Positions 18,611 to 26,840 of a stretch of 64,000 bases of DNA are shown piece by piece. The position numbers and the translations under genes are program-made. The stretch comes from an uncultured SAR116 cluster alpha proteobacterium (GTDB lineage: Bacteria > Pseudomonadota > Alphaproteobacteria > Puniceispirillales > Marisalimonadaceae): NCBI GenBank assembly GCA_902550555.1, contig CACCZR010000001.1:86191-150190 (forward strand). Reading direction: 5' to 3'. Numbering within the stretch: the first letter of the stretch is position 1; each line of letters opens with the position of its first letter. The notes beneath the pieces were generated by a model. The model ran no database searches. It was not told the DNA's origin and saw only the letters and a list, made by a program, of their open reading frames with translations.

Positions 18611-20074
18611 TAATTTGTTTAATTTTGATCGTCTTTTTCTTTCAGCACTAGAAGGAATACTCAACATATCTCTATATTTAGCTACAGTTCTTCTAGCTAC
18701 TTCAATTCCTTGATCAGATAATACATCTGCTATTTTTTCATCACTAAGAGGCTTATTTGAAACTTCCGTAGAAATTAACTTCTTTAATGCTTCCCTTACA
18801 GCTGAAGCTGCATGTTTGTCGCTTTCTTCAGAACTTGGAATAGATGCAGAAAAAAATTCTTTAAGAGATAATAATCCCCAATCAGTTAAAATTAATTTAC
18901 TATTAGTTACTCTTGAGACTGTACTTTCGTGCATACCAATAGCGTCAGCGACATCTTTTAGAATTAGTGGCTTCATGTGACTGAATCCATGTTTAAAAAA
19001 ACTTATCTGTTTTTGTAATATTACAGATGCGACCTTTAATATAGTTTTATTTCTTTGATCGACAGCTTTTTGTAGCCATTTTGCTTCTCCAATTTTATTT
19101 GCTGTAAAATCATTATCATCTTCCCCAAGATTCAAATTAGATATCTCACTTATATAATCTTCATCTAAATCTATTGTTGGGAGAGTTGACTTATTTAAAT
19201 CAATTTTCCAACCTTTATTAGTTTTTGTTACGATTATATCAGGATCAGAAATTCTTAGAGGTTCGTTATTAAAATTCTCTGCTGGCTTGGGGTTTAATGT
19301 TTTAATCATATTAACCATTTGAATAATTTTATTATTTTCTATTTCACACATTTTTATAAGTGTTTTAATTTTCCCTTTTGTAATTAATGATAAGTTATCT
19401 ATTAAAATTTGATATTTATTATCTAAAATTCCCTTTTCTTCTAGTTGTATCTTAAGGCATTCGGATAAATTTTTTGCAAATATCCCAATTGGTTCAAGGC
19501 ATTGTAACTGTTGAATTATTTTTTCTATATAATCTATAGGTTTATTCAATTCCTCAGCAATATCTTCAACTGAATGAATTAACCAACCACTAGGATGTAA
19601 ATAATCAATTAAAGAAATTGCAACAGATTGATCTTTTTTTTCGAAGGAAAGAGTTATTTGATTAGTTAAATGTTCTTTTAATGAAATTTTATTTGCTACA
19701 GTATTTTCGATAACTTCAGATAAAGAAGTATTCTTATTTTCAAAATTATTTTTAATTTTTGTTTTATTTTTTTCAAAAGATTTTTCAGAAATGTGAGTAT
19801 CAAAAGAATTTTTCATTTCTAAATCACTGTTAATCTTCAAAGGGTCTTCATTATGTTTAGTATTTTCAACGACATCATAAGTTTTTTGTTCATTTATTAC
19901 CATTTTTTTTATATTGAGGTCTTCTTTTATAAAAGGGTTTTCTAATTTAGCATTTTCTACATATTCTGCTAATTCAATATTTGTAAGTTGTAAAAGCTTA
20001 ATTGCTTGCTGCAATTGTGGGGTCATAACAATAGACTGATTTTGCTTTATTTTTAACTGTTGATTAATTTTCAT
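18596..20074 (-). CDS. rpoN: RNA polymerase sigma-54 factor
   Basis: Region I LKIKQNQSIVMTPQLQQAIKLLQLTNIEL, HTH and RpoN box ARRTVAKYRDML. Start trimmed to the Met at 20074, preceded by AGGAGG. The track ORF extends to 20128. Confidence 0.9.
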   Translation of the reverse strand: MKINQQLKIKQNQSIVMTPQLQQAIKLLQLTNIELAEYVENAKLENPFIKEDLNIKKMVINEQKTYDVVENTKHNEDPLKINSDLEMKNSFDTHISEKSFEKNKTKIKNNFENKNTSLSEVIENTVANKISLKEHLTNQITLSFEKKDQSVAISLIDYLHPSGWLIHSVEDIAEELNKPIDYIEKIIQQLQCLEPIGIFAKNLSECLKIQLEEKGILDNKYQILIDNLSLITKGKIKTLIKMCEIENNKIIQMVNMIKTLNPKPAENFNNEPLRISDPDIIVTKTNKGWKIDLNKSTLPTIDLDEDYISEISNLNLGEDDNDFTANKIGEAKWLQKAVDQRNKTILKVASVILQKQISFFKHGFSHMKPLILKDVADAIGMHESTVSRVTNSKLILTDWGLLSLKEFFSASIPSSEESDKHAASAVREALKKLISTEVSNKPLSDEKIADVLSDQGIEVARRTVAKYRDMLSIPSSAERKRRSKLNKLLSTG

Positions 20075-20275
20075 AACAAACCTCCTATATATGATTTCAA
20101 TCAAAGAAAAATTCGTTTGAAAAATCAAAGCTTTAATTTGACATGATTTTAAAGACAGAAATTTGACAATAAAAAACTATATCAGTTCTTAAATTTAATG
20201 TATTATCGTGGGTATGTTTAAGATTTGGCTTTTTTATAAATTTACAAAAGTCATTATGTTGACAAGAAAATATTA

Positions 20276-20488
20276 ATGTTTTTTTCAACTTCATGTAAAA
20301 TATGTAAAATCATAAGAATATTCTTATTCTCAGTTTTTTTGCTTATACTCTTAGCTTTAATCCAAAAAGATAAGCTACATTATTTAAAATTCATAACTCC
20401 AGAAAATGCCGCCTATTTTATTTTAGTCGTAGGCATTTTAATAACAATTTTAAAAATTTTTGAATATATAAAAAATAAAAAAAATTAA
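20276..20488 (+). CDS. Hypothetical small membrane protein (two predicted TM helices)
   Basis: 70 aa. CKICK near the N-terminus and two hydrophobic stretches. No family recognised. Confidence 0.3.
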   Translation: MFFSTSCKICKIIRIFLFSVFLLILLALIQKDKLHYLKFITPENAAYFILVVGILITILKIFEYIKNKKN

Positions 20489-20979
20489 TTTCTATCTCTT
20501 ACCAACCGAATATAATTTGGTTTATAACCAGGATATCGACCGAATGTATTACCGTTTAAAAAATTAACTATCCAATTAAATTCAGGTTGCCAAAAATTCT
20601 TATCTTTTGTCCAAAAAGGTTCTGGGGGAGTTTTTGGAAAAATTTTTAAATTAATTTTAACTTTATCGCATTCTAAACATATTAAACTTTCTAACTCATG
20701 TCTTGTTGGTAATCTCCAACTACCCTCCAATTGTTTATTAGCTAATTTTTTAATTTCTGGAACAAATTTAAATTCGAACTTTTTTGCTTCTCCAATACAA
20801 GTATTTCCTTTCCAAACCATTCCTACTGGACAAGTCATCCATTCAATTTTATTTTTTAAGTCAATAATAAAATATCCTCTAGGTATATACTCAGAAGCAA
20901 ATAAAAATTTAGGTATTAAAAATAAAAAAAATATTCCTGTCATCAATTTAAAAAATTTACTAGAAAGTATTCTACACAT
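20485..20979 (-). CDS. Secreted DUF1566 (Lcl C-terminal domain)-like protein
   Basis: 164 aa. Signal-like N-terminus, and a W..C..G..W.G..C...WRLPTRHELESL pattern typical of DUF1566. Confidence 0.6.
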   Translation of the reverse strand: MCRILSSKFFKLMTGIFFLFLIPKFLFASEYIPRGYFIIDLKNKIEWMTCPVGMVWKGNTCIGEAKKFEFKFVPEIKKLANKQLEGSWRLPTRHELESLICLECDKVKINLKIFPKTPPEPFWTKDKNFWQPEFNWIVNFLNGNTFGRYPGYKPNYIRLVRDRN

Positions 20980-21017
20980 ATAATAACCTTAATGTTTTTT
21001 TTAATTTATTTTGATTT

Positions 21018-21033
21018 TGGTCTCATTCTTGCA
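21018..21033 (+). promoter_or_regulatory. Sigma54 promoter upstream of the stator operon
   Basis: TGGTCT-CATTC-TTGCA, GG-N10-GC spacing with a perfect -12 TTGCA, 49 nt upstream of the ATG at 21082. Confidence 0.55.
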
Positions 21034-21081
21034 GAATTTATGCCTAAAATCATGTTTTTTATATTTAATGAGGAATAAAAA

Positions 21082-21846
21082 ATGGATATAGCATCTTTAA
21101 TAGGTTTAGTTGGAACACTAGGAATGATTGCAGGCGCAATGGTTTCATCAGGAGGAATTGGTCCATTCATTGATACCCCTTCGATGTTAATCGTCATTGG
21201 TGGAACTTTCTTTGCAGTCATGTATAGATCTACGCTGCCAGATTTTCTTGCTTCTTTTGGAACTTTAGTAAAAGTTTTTTTACCTGGTGCAAAAAAACAT
21301 GATGAATTAATTACTAGAATTACTGAGTTAGCTGGAATTGCAAGAAAAGATGGAATGATGGCTCTAGAAGGCCAAGAGGTGCCGGATAAATTTTTTGAAA
21401 AAGGACTTCAAATGCTTGTAGATGGAGCTGATGAAACAAAATTAACCGAACAATTAAATAGAGAAGTTAAAGGCATGATAAGACGACATGATAATATGAA
21501 AAGTGTCTTTCAAGCTTGGGTAGATTTAGCCCCTGCTATGGGAATGATCGGAACTCTAATTGGTTTAGTTGCAATGTTAGGAAATATGGCTGATCCAAAA
21601 GCTATCGGACCTGCGATGGCTGTTGCACTTTTAACAACACTTTATGGAGCGATGATTGCTAACTGTATATTTATGCCAATTGTAACAAAATTGGAAAATT
21701 ACTCTGCACATGAAGCTTTATATAGAGAGATGGTTGTTATGGGATTAAAATATATTTCAAGAGGAGAAAGTCCTAGAAACATTACAGACCAGTTGATAGC
21801 AAATTTACCTCCTAAACTTCAAGCAAAAATAGAAGAAGCTGCTTAA
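21082..21846 (+). CDS. motA: Flagellar stator A subunit (MotA/PomA family; by eye closest to Na+-type PomA)
   Basis: 254 aa. The N-terminus MDIASLIGLVGTLGMIAGAMVSSGGIGPFIDTPSMLIVIGGTFF parallels Vibrio PomA as remembered. C-terminal MotA_ExbB signature PAMGMIGTLIGLV...GPAMAVALLTTLYGAMIAN. Confidence 0.85.
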   Translation: MDIASLIGLVGTLGMIAGAMVSSGGIGPFIDTPSMLIVIGGTFFAVMYRSTLPDFLASFGTLVKVFLPGAKKHDELITRITELAGIARKDGMMALEGQEVPDKFFEKGLQMLVDGADETKLTEQLNREVKGMIRRHDNMKSVFQAWVDLAPAMGMIGTLIGLVAMLGNMADPKAIGPAMAVALLTTLYGAMIANCIFMPIVTKLENYSAHEALYREMVVMGLKYISRGESPRNITDQLIANLPPKLQAKIEEAA

Positions 21847-21862
21847 TCAAATAGGTATTTAT

Positions 21863-23041
21863 ATGGCTGAAGCACAAGAAAATCCTAATGTAGAAGAACA
21901 AGAAGAAGAAGAATGTCCTAAATGCCCACCACCAGGAGCACCTGCTTGGATGGCAACATTTGCTGATATGGCAACTTTATTGATGGCATTTTTTGTTCTA
22001 ATTCTTTCATTTGCTGAATTTAATGTTCCAAAATTTAAACAAATTAGTGGTAGTTTAAAAAATGCCTTTGGTATTCAAAGAGTTGTGCCAGTTGTTGAAC
22101 AACCTAGAGGAACAACTGTACTAGCTCTAAATTTTAGTCCCTCTCCTGATCCTTCTGTTACAAAAAACATGACACAACAATCAACAAATACTGAGCAAAA
22201 AAATTTAGACCTTAAATCTGAAGAAGATAAAAGGGAGAGTTCAAAATCAAGTTCAGAAAGTATTGAAAAAGCAAAAAAGCTAGAAGAGGCTCTTAAATCA
22301 ATTGATCTAGACAAAAGTGTTTCAACAGAAGTTATTGATAATAAGGTAGTCGTCAAAATAAATAATGAAGAGATTAAAAATATTCAAGATGTTGTTTCAA
22401 AAACTATTACAGCTATAGAAGATGCAAGAAATAAATCAGGAAATTACGATACTGATGTATTGATTGGTGGTATTAATAATGAGATCAAAGCAATTGCAAT
22501 GGCTGGACAAAATAATAAAGCTCTAATTGATAAAATAGAAAAAATTAATAGAGAAGAAAAAGAAGAAAAAAGAAAAACTGAAGAAACTAAAATAAAAGCT
22601 AAAAGTGCTGAAGATGAATTCAAAGTAGCTTTAAAACAAGAAATTGGACAAGGTTTAACAGAAGTTAAAAGAGAAAAAGATAAGGTCATTATTACCGTAG
22701 GTTCAGCTGGAGCATTCAGATCTGGGTCTGCTGAGCTAACAGAAAATGCAAAAAAAATCATGGGTAAAATTGCTAAAGTAAGTGAAAAAGGAACTGGGCA
22801 AATTAATGTATCAGGTCATACCGATAATGTTCCATTAATTTTTGGTGGACAATATAGAGATAACTGGGATTTAGCTGCTGCGAGAGCATCTAGTGTGGTT
22901 CAATCAATTTCAAAATCTGGAGATATACCATTAGATCGCCTTATGGCAATAAGTTATGGTGAGTCAAAACCATTAGCTTCAAATAATGATGCGACAGGTA
23001 GATCAAAAAATAGAAGGATTGAAATAGAAATTAAATATTAA
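21863..23041 (+). CDS. motB: Flagellar stator B subunit (MotB/PomB family) with an unusually long linker
   Basis: 392 aa. CPKCPPPGAPAWMATFADMATLLMAFFVLILSFAEFNVPKFKQISGSLKNAFGIQ holds the channel Asp and plug and resembles the PomB N-terminus. C-terminal OmpA-like domain (GHTDNVP...NWDLAAARASSV...NRRIEI). Confidence 0.85.
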   Translation: MAEAQENPNVEEQEEEECPKCPPPGAPAWMATFADMATLLMAFFVLILSFAEFNVPKFKQISGSLKNAFGIQRVVPVVEQPRGTTVLALNFSPSPDPSVTKNMTQQSTNTEQKNLDLKSEEDKRESSKSSSESIEKAKKLEEALKSIDLDKSVSTEVIDNKVVVKINNEEIKNIQDVVSKTITAIEDARNKSGNYDTDVLIGGINNEIKAIAMAGQNNKALIDKIEKINREEKEEKRKTEETKIKAKSAEDEFKVALKQEIGQGLTEVKREKDKVIITVGSAGAFRSGSAELTENAKKIMGKIAKVSEKGTGQINVSGHTDNVPLIFGGQYRDNWDLAAARASSVVQSISKSGDIPLDRLMAISYGESKPLASNNDATGRSKNRRIEIEIKY

Positions 23042-23056
23042 TTTCAATATTGAAAT

Positions 23057-23770
23057 ATGGCAGAACAAAGTTTAACTCCTGAAAATTTAGAAAGTTACTC
23101 TACAGAAGCAATATCCAACTTTTATAAAGCTATCGAAGATTTCGCTGATGTTATTACTGAAATAAAGTCTGAAGATGCCAATATTGCAGTATTTAATAGT
23201 ATATATGTGATGATTGAAGGTAGAAAAAGAAGGCTAGCTGACATTGCTAATGTAGAAGCCCCCAATGATCCACTTAATTTAGAAGTAATGGTTTATAGTA
23301 AAGATAATTTAGAATCAGTAATAGATACAATTAAAGAAGCAGGCTTTCCTGTAAAATCAAAAGAAAAAAATTCGCAATTTCTTATAGTAAAAGTACCACC
23401 ACCTTCTAGAATGCAACTTGAAGAAATAGGTGATGACTTAATTAGAAGAACAAATAGTTTAGTAATGAGACTGACTAAGATCAAAACTAATACAGGCTTA
23501 AGAATTAGAGCAGCTGTTCAAAATGAATTTATTGAAACTAAAATTGCTACTTTAGCAACAAAAAAGATTGACGCTTCGCATTTAAAGATAGAAAATGAAG
23601 GCAAATTTCTAGGCGTCTTAAAACGTAAACAAATTCTTGGTAGTTATTTTAAGTCTACTGAAAAAGATGATGAAACTTTTGTTAAAAAAGTTAATTTATA
23701 TTTAAAATTAAACGAAAATTTAAAACAACTTGATGTTAAAGAAGACGAAAATCAAAACAATCAATCTTAA
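23057..23770 (+). CDS. Hypothetical cytoplasmic protein with ribosome-recycling-factor-like architecture; third gene of the stator operon
   Basis: 237 aa with no TM or signal peptide, 15 nt after motB. Residues ~45-130 align by eye with RRF domain II and the start of helix 2 (see findings). Confidence 0.6.
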   Translation: MAEQSLTPENLESYSTEAISNFYKAIEDFADVITEIKSEDANIAVFNSIYVMIEGRKRRLADIANVEAPNDPLNLEVMVYSKDNLESVIDTIKEAGFPVKSKEKNSQFLIVKVPPPSRMQLEEIGDDLIRRTNSLVMRLTKIKTNTGLRIRAAVQNEFIETKIATLATKKIDASHLKIENEGKFLGVLKRKQILGSYFKSTEKDDETFVKKVNLYLKLNENLKQLDVKEDENQNNQS

Positions 23771-23802
23771 TTTAAATAAAAATTAATAATTACATTATAA
23801 AA

Positions 23803-24558
23803 TTACAGAGTACTTAAACTATCTTCATCACGCACAGGCGGCTCGAGATAGGAGTAATCAAAATCAATTTTAGGATCTAATTTCCGTGAAATTACTTGGG
23901 CTTGCTCTTCGTTTAAACAAGTTAGAACTAAAAACAACCTATAATCTTTATTATTATAATAATTTCTCAATACATTTATTTGATTTAAGCCATAGTACCA
24001 AGACTTTAAAACCCAGGATATACAAAATAACCATGGAGAAACCAAAAACATTATTACAAGAAAGATAATTGTGAAAAAAAGATTCATCCACAATCTATGA
24101 TATAACATCCATAATGGAGGAGCTACGCTTGCCAAGATTGAAAGCTCAAGATCTAATATAAACCCATTTTTTCTTAAATTTTTAAATACCTCAAATTGTT
24201 TATATGATTTGTCTTTTTCAAAAAGATTTTTAATATCAACATTCGAAAAGTCTTTAATATGATTTTCATCTATTTCTTCACATGTAATACCTAATGAAGA
24301 TTTTGTTGAAATATTAAAACCTGTTCCTTCTCTAAAAATTGTAATAATTTTATCTTCTTCATCTTCATCAAGGTTTTTTTTAAGATCTTCATAAGGTAAA
24401 TTAAAATATTCACCATTAAGTCCTATTATAATGTCATTTTCTTTAATTCTAAGATTATATGCATTAGAAAAAACTCTGACATTTGTAATTTTTAAAAATT
24501 TTCTACTTAATTTATCCTGGTCTTCGTTAATAGAATTTGATGATTCATTATTTTCCAT
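23803..24558 (-). CDS. Hypothetical membrane protein: PDZ-like N-domain plus DUF2628-like TM region
   Basis: 251 aa. N-terminal ...NLRIKENDIIIGLNGEYF...IITIFREG is PDZ-like. C-terminal APPLWMLYHRLWMNLFFTIIFLVIMF is DUF2628-like. Last gene of the fliO-flhB string. Confidence 0.5.
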   Translation of the reverse strand: MENNESSNSINEDQDKLSRKFLKITNVRVFSNAYNLRIKENDIIIGLNGEYFNLPYEDLKKNLDEDEEDKIITIFREGTGFNISTKSSLGITCEEIDENHIKDFSNVDIKNLFEKDKSYKQFEVFKNLRKNGFILDLELSILASVAPPLWMLYHRLWMNLFFTIIFLVIMFLVSPWLFCISWVLKSWYYGLNQINVLRNYYNNKDYRLFLVLTCLNEEQAQVISRKLDPKIDFDYSYLEPPVRDEDSLSTL

Positions 24559-24578
24559 TATTTCATATTACCTAAAAT

Positions 24579-25292
24579 TTAAGGGTATTTAATCATAGCT
24601 GCCTTGTCTTTCATTTTGCTTACAAGACTATTATTCTTTTTAATTAAAGAATTGATCTGTTGAGAATGCATTGATTGATTTGCAATAATTTTGTTATATA
24701 TAGGGTTTTTACTCATTGATTCCATTGATTTTTTTATAGCTTTAGAACTCTGTGAAGCAAAATTAGTTAAAGTTTTCTTTAAGTCATTATTATTTTTAAC
24801 AGAATTTTTAGAAAATGTATCTAATTCAGTGACTAAAGAATTAGAAATTGTTCTAAGTTCTGCTGCTGTCAACTTATTTGATTCTGTAATTTTCTTTTCA
24901 ATTTTATTCATAGTAGTAATGACGTTTTTATTTACAGCCAAAAATTCATCTTGTTTTTTTATAGCTTTATTTAAACTTTCAAGTGATTTATTTACACTAT
25001 CTACATTTTCTGCAAAAACTACCAATGCCTCTCTACTTGTTTCCGTCATTGTATTTAATTTATTAGAACCTTGCATAAACAAAAATGCTGATACAATTAC
25101 AACAAAAATCCCTGAAACTATTGAAGAAACGAAAACGACTGTTGTGTATTTATGAATTTGTTTCACTTTATCCTCCAAAATTTTATGTTGCTTCCTTACA
25201 GTATTATATTCTGATGTCACATCTGTAGCAGCATCGGCTGCATCTAGAGCTAACTTAATACTTTCTTGTACGGCATCAACTTTATCGTTCAT
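24579..25292 (-). CDS. Hypothetical bitopic membrane protein with long periplasmic coiled-coil region
   Basis: 237 aa. A single TM (TTVVFVSSIVSGIFVVIVSAFLFM) follows ~50 cytoplasmic residues, then a ~165-aa helical Asn/Lys/Ser-rich region. ATGA overlap with the upstream gene. Confidence 0.5.
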   Translation of the reverse strand: MNDKVDAVQESIKLALDAADAATDVTSEYNTVRKQHKILEDKVKQIHKYTTVVFVSSIVSGIFVVIVSAFLFMQGSNKLNTMTETSREALVVFAENVDSVNKSLESLNKAIKKQDEFLAVNKNVITTMNKIEKKITESNKLTAAELRTISNSLVTELDTFSKNSVKNNNDLKKTLTNFASQSSKAIKKSMESMSKNPIYNKIIANQSMHSQQINSLIKKNNSLVSKMKDKAAMIKYP

Positions 25293-25489
25293 TTTAAACC
25301 TCTATTTTTAAAGTTACTCTTTATTTTATATGCACATTCCATACCAGTTGTCATCGAAACTTCTAAAGATGGAAGAATTTTTGAGACAAATCCAAATTTT
25401 TTACACCCCCAAGGTCTTTTAATCCTATGAGTTATAAAAAAATATTCACATCCATGACAAAATACTTTTTTATTCATTATTTTTTCCAA
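25289..25489 (-). CDS. Hypothetical small Cys-containing protein (possible zinc ribbon)
   Basis: 62-66 aa (alternative start at 25477). CHGCEYFFITHRIKRPWGCKKFGF...GMEC gives a C-x2-C...C...C arrangement. Overlaps both neighbours. Confidence 0.45.
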   Translation of the reverse strand: MEKIMNKKVFCHGCEYFFITHRIKRPWGCKKFGFVSKILPSLEVSMTTGMECAYKIKSNFKNRGLK

Positions 25490-25685
25490 TTAATTTTTCT
25501 ATAAGACTTGCAATTTTGAAACGAAATGCACCTGCTAATGCAGTCAAACCAAAGAACCAATACAATAAAGCTGTATATGTATCTCCATTTTCTTTTAGTT
25601 CACTGGCATGAAAGTGACAAAGTAATGCGGAGTATGCAAAAGCAAAAGTAATAATTAACTGTCCAAAACCTTTTCTTTTTTTCAT
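25470..25685 (-). CDS. Hypothetical small membrane protein (two TM helices)
   Basis: 71 aa. Its start codon directly abuts the flhB stop with a 0-nt gap. Confidence 0.4.
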   Translation of the reverse strand: MKKRKGFGQLIITFAFAYSALLCHFHASELKENGDTYTALLYWFFGLTALAGAFRFKIASLIEKLIGKNNE

Positions 25686-26840
25686 CTAATCCTCTACTTT
25701 TTTGTTACCATACTCATCAAATTGTAAATCACTTGGTATTTCTATTTCAGGTTTTTCTAAAAATTCACCTTTTTCAATTTTAAATATATAGGCAAGTATA
25801 GCTGCAACGCTTGCATAAAGATCTTCAGAAATTTCTTTACCTATTTTTCCAGTAAAGTATAGAGCTCTAGCCAATAATGGACTACTAAAAATATTTATAT
25901 TTTTTTCGTTAGCTAAATGCATAATTTTTTCTGCCATTAAGCCTCTTCCCATTGCCAAAATTATTGGAGCTCCTTCTTCTCCTACTTCATATTTTAATGC
26001 TACAGCAAAATGAGTTGGATTTGTGATCACAACTGATGCATCTTTTACATCTTCTAAAGCAGAACTCTGTTCACTAGCACGCTGAGAAATTTCATTTTGT
26101 AATCTTCTAATTTTTTGTTTTACTTCAGGTGAACCATCTGTATCTTTCATCTCATCTTTGATTTCTTTTATAGACATTTTTAATTTTTCATTATGAGAAT
26201 GTTTTTGCCAAATAAAATCAATCATCGCTATAACAGCTAAAGCTATTAATAAATAAATAGTCAATTTTGGAAATAATATAATATAACCTTTTAAAGCTTG
26301 ATAAAGACTTCTATCAGATAAATGAATTATATTAATTAAATCAAAATATATAATAATACCAGAAATTCCACCTAGAAGTAATACCTTTAATATTGACTTT
26401 GTTAGTTCAATTAAACTTTGCATAGAAAACATTCTCTTTAATCCAGTGAGAGGATTAATTTTATTACCTTTGAAATTTATAGCCTTAGGTGAAAAATGAA
26501 TTCCACCTCCAACACAAAATTGAGTAACAATTGAAGAAATCAATAATGGAAACCCAATTAACAAAGTTAAAATAACGATTATTTTAATCAATTTTAATAT
26601 TCCCAAATAAGGTTTTTGATAATCTAATTCTTCTAACGAAAATATAAAAAAACTTTTCCACATTGACATGAAATTAGGAAATAAAGAAGAAAGAAAAACT
26701 AATGTCAATAAACCAAAAAAAACTGATGTGAAAACAAACATCTCTTTAGAAGTTAGAAATTGACCGTCCTCAATTGATTTATCAATTTTTCGTTGGGTAG
26801 GTTCTTCCGTTTTTTCTTGTGAATCTTGTTCTTCAGCCAT
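25686..26840 (-). CDS. flhB: Flagellar export gate protein FlhB
   Basis: 384 aa. N-terminus EKTEEPTQRKIDKSIEDGQ and the NPTH autocleavage site (VVITNPTHFAVALKY). Confidence 0.9.
   Translation of the reverse strand: MAEEQDSQEKTEEPTQRKIDKSIEDGQFLTSKEMFVFTSVFFGLLTLVFLSSLFPNFMSMWKSFFIFSLEELDYQKPYLGILKLIKIIVILTLLIGFPLLISSIVTQFCVGGGIHFSPKAINFKGNKINPLTGLKRMFSMQSLIELTKSILKVLLLGGISGIIIYFDLINIIHLSDRSLYQALKGYIILFPKLTIYLLIALAVIAMIDFIWQKHSHNEKLKMSIKEIKDEMKDTDGSPEVKQKIRRLQNEISQRASEQSSALEDVKDASVVITNPTHFAVALKYEVGEEGAPIILAMGRGLMAEKIMHLANEKNINIFSSPLLARALYFTGKIGKEISEDLYASVAAILAYIFKIEKGEFLEKPEIEIPSDLQFDEYGNKKVED

Noticed and set aside
20129-20275. Repeated AATTTGACA / TTGACA motifs upstream of rpoN and the 70-aa ORF; general search for CRISPR, IS or long repeats
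   Set aside because: These are short sigma70 -35-like hexamers, not structured repeats. No direct-repeat/spacer array, transposase, integrase or long inverted repeats were seen anywhere in the window.
21006-21221. 71-aa minus-strand ORF overlapping the motA start and its promoter
   Set aside because: It overlaps the strongly supported motA N-terminus in antisense and has no independent evidence.
22075-22761. Two minus-strand ORFs (93 and 105 aa) antisense to the motB/pomB linker
   Set aside because: They arise from the antisense reading of a Lys/Glu/Ser-rich repetitive coding segment. Ser/Leu/Phe-rich products have no start context.
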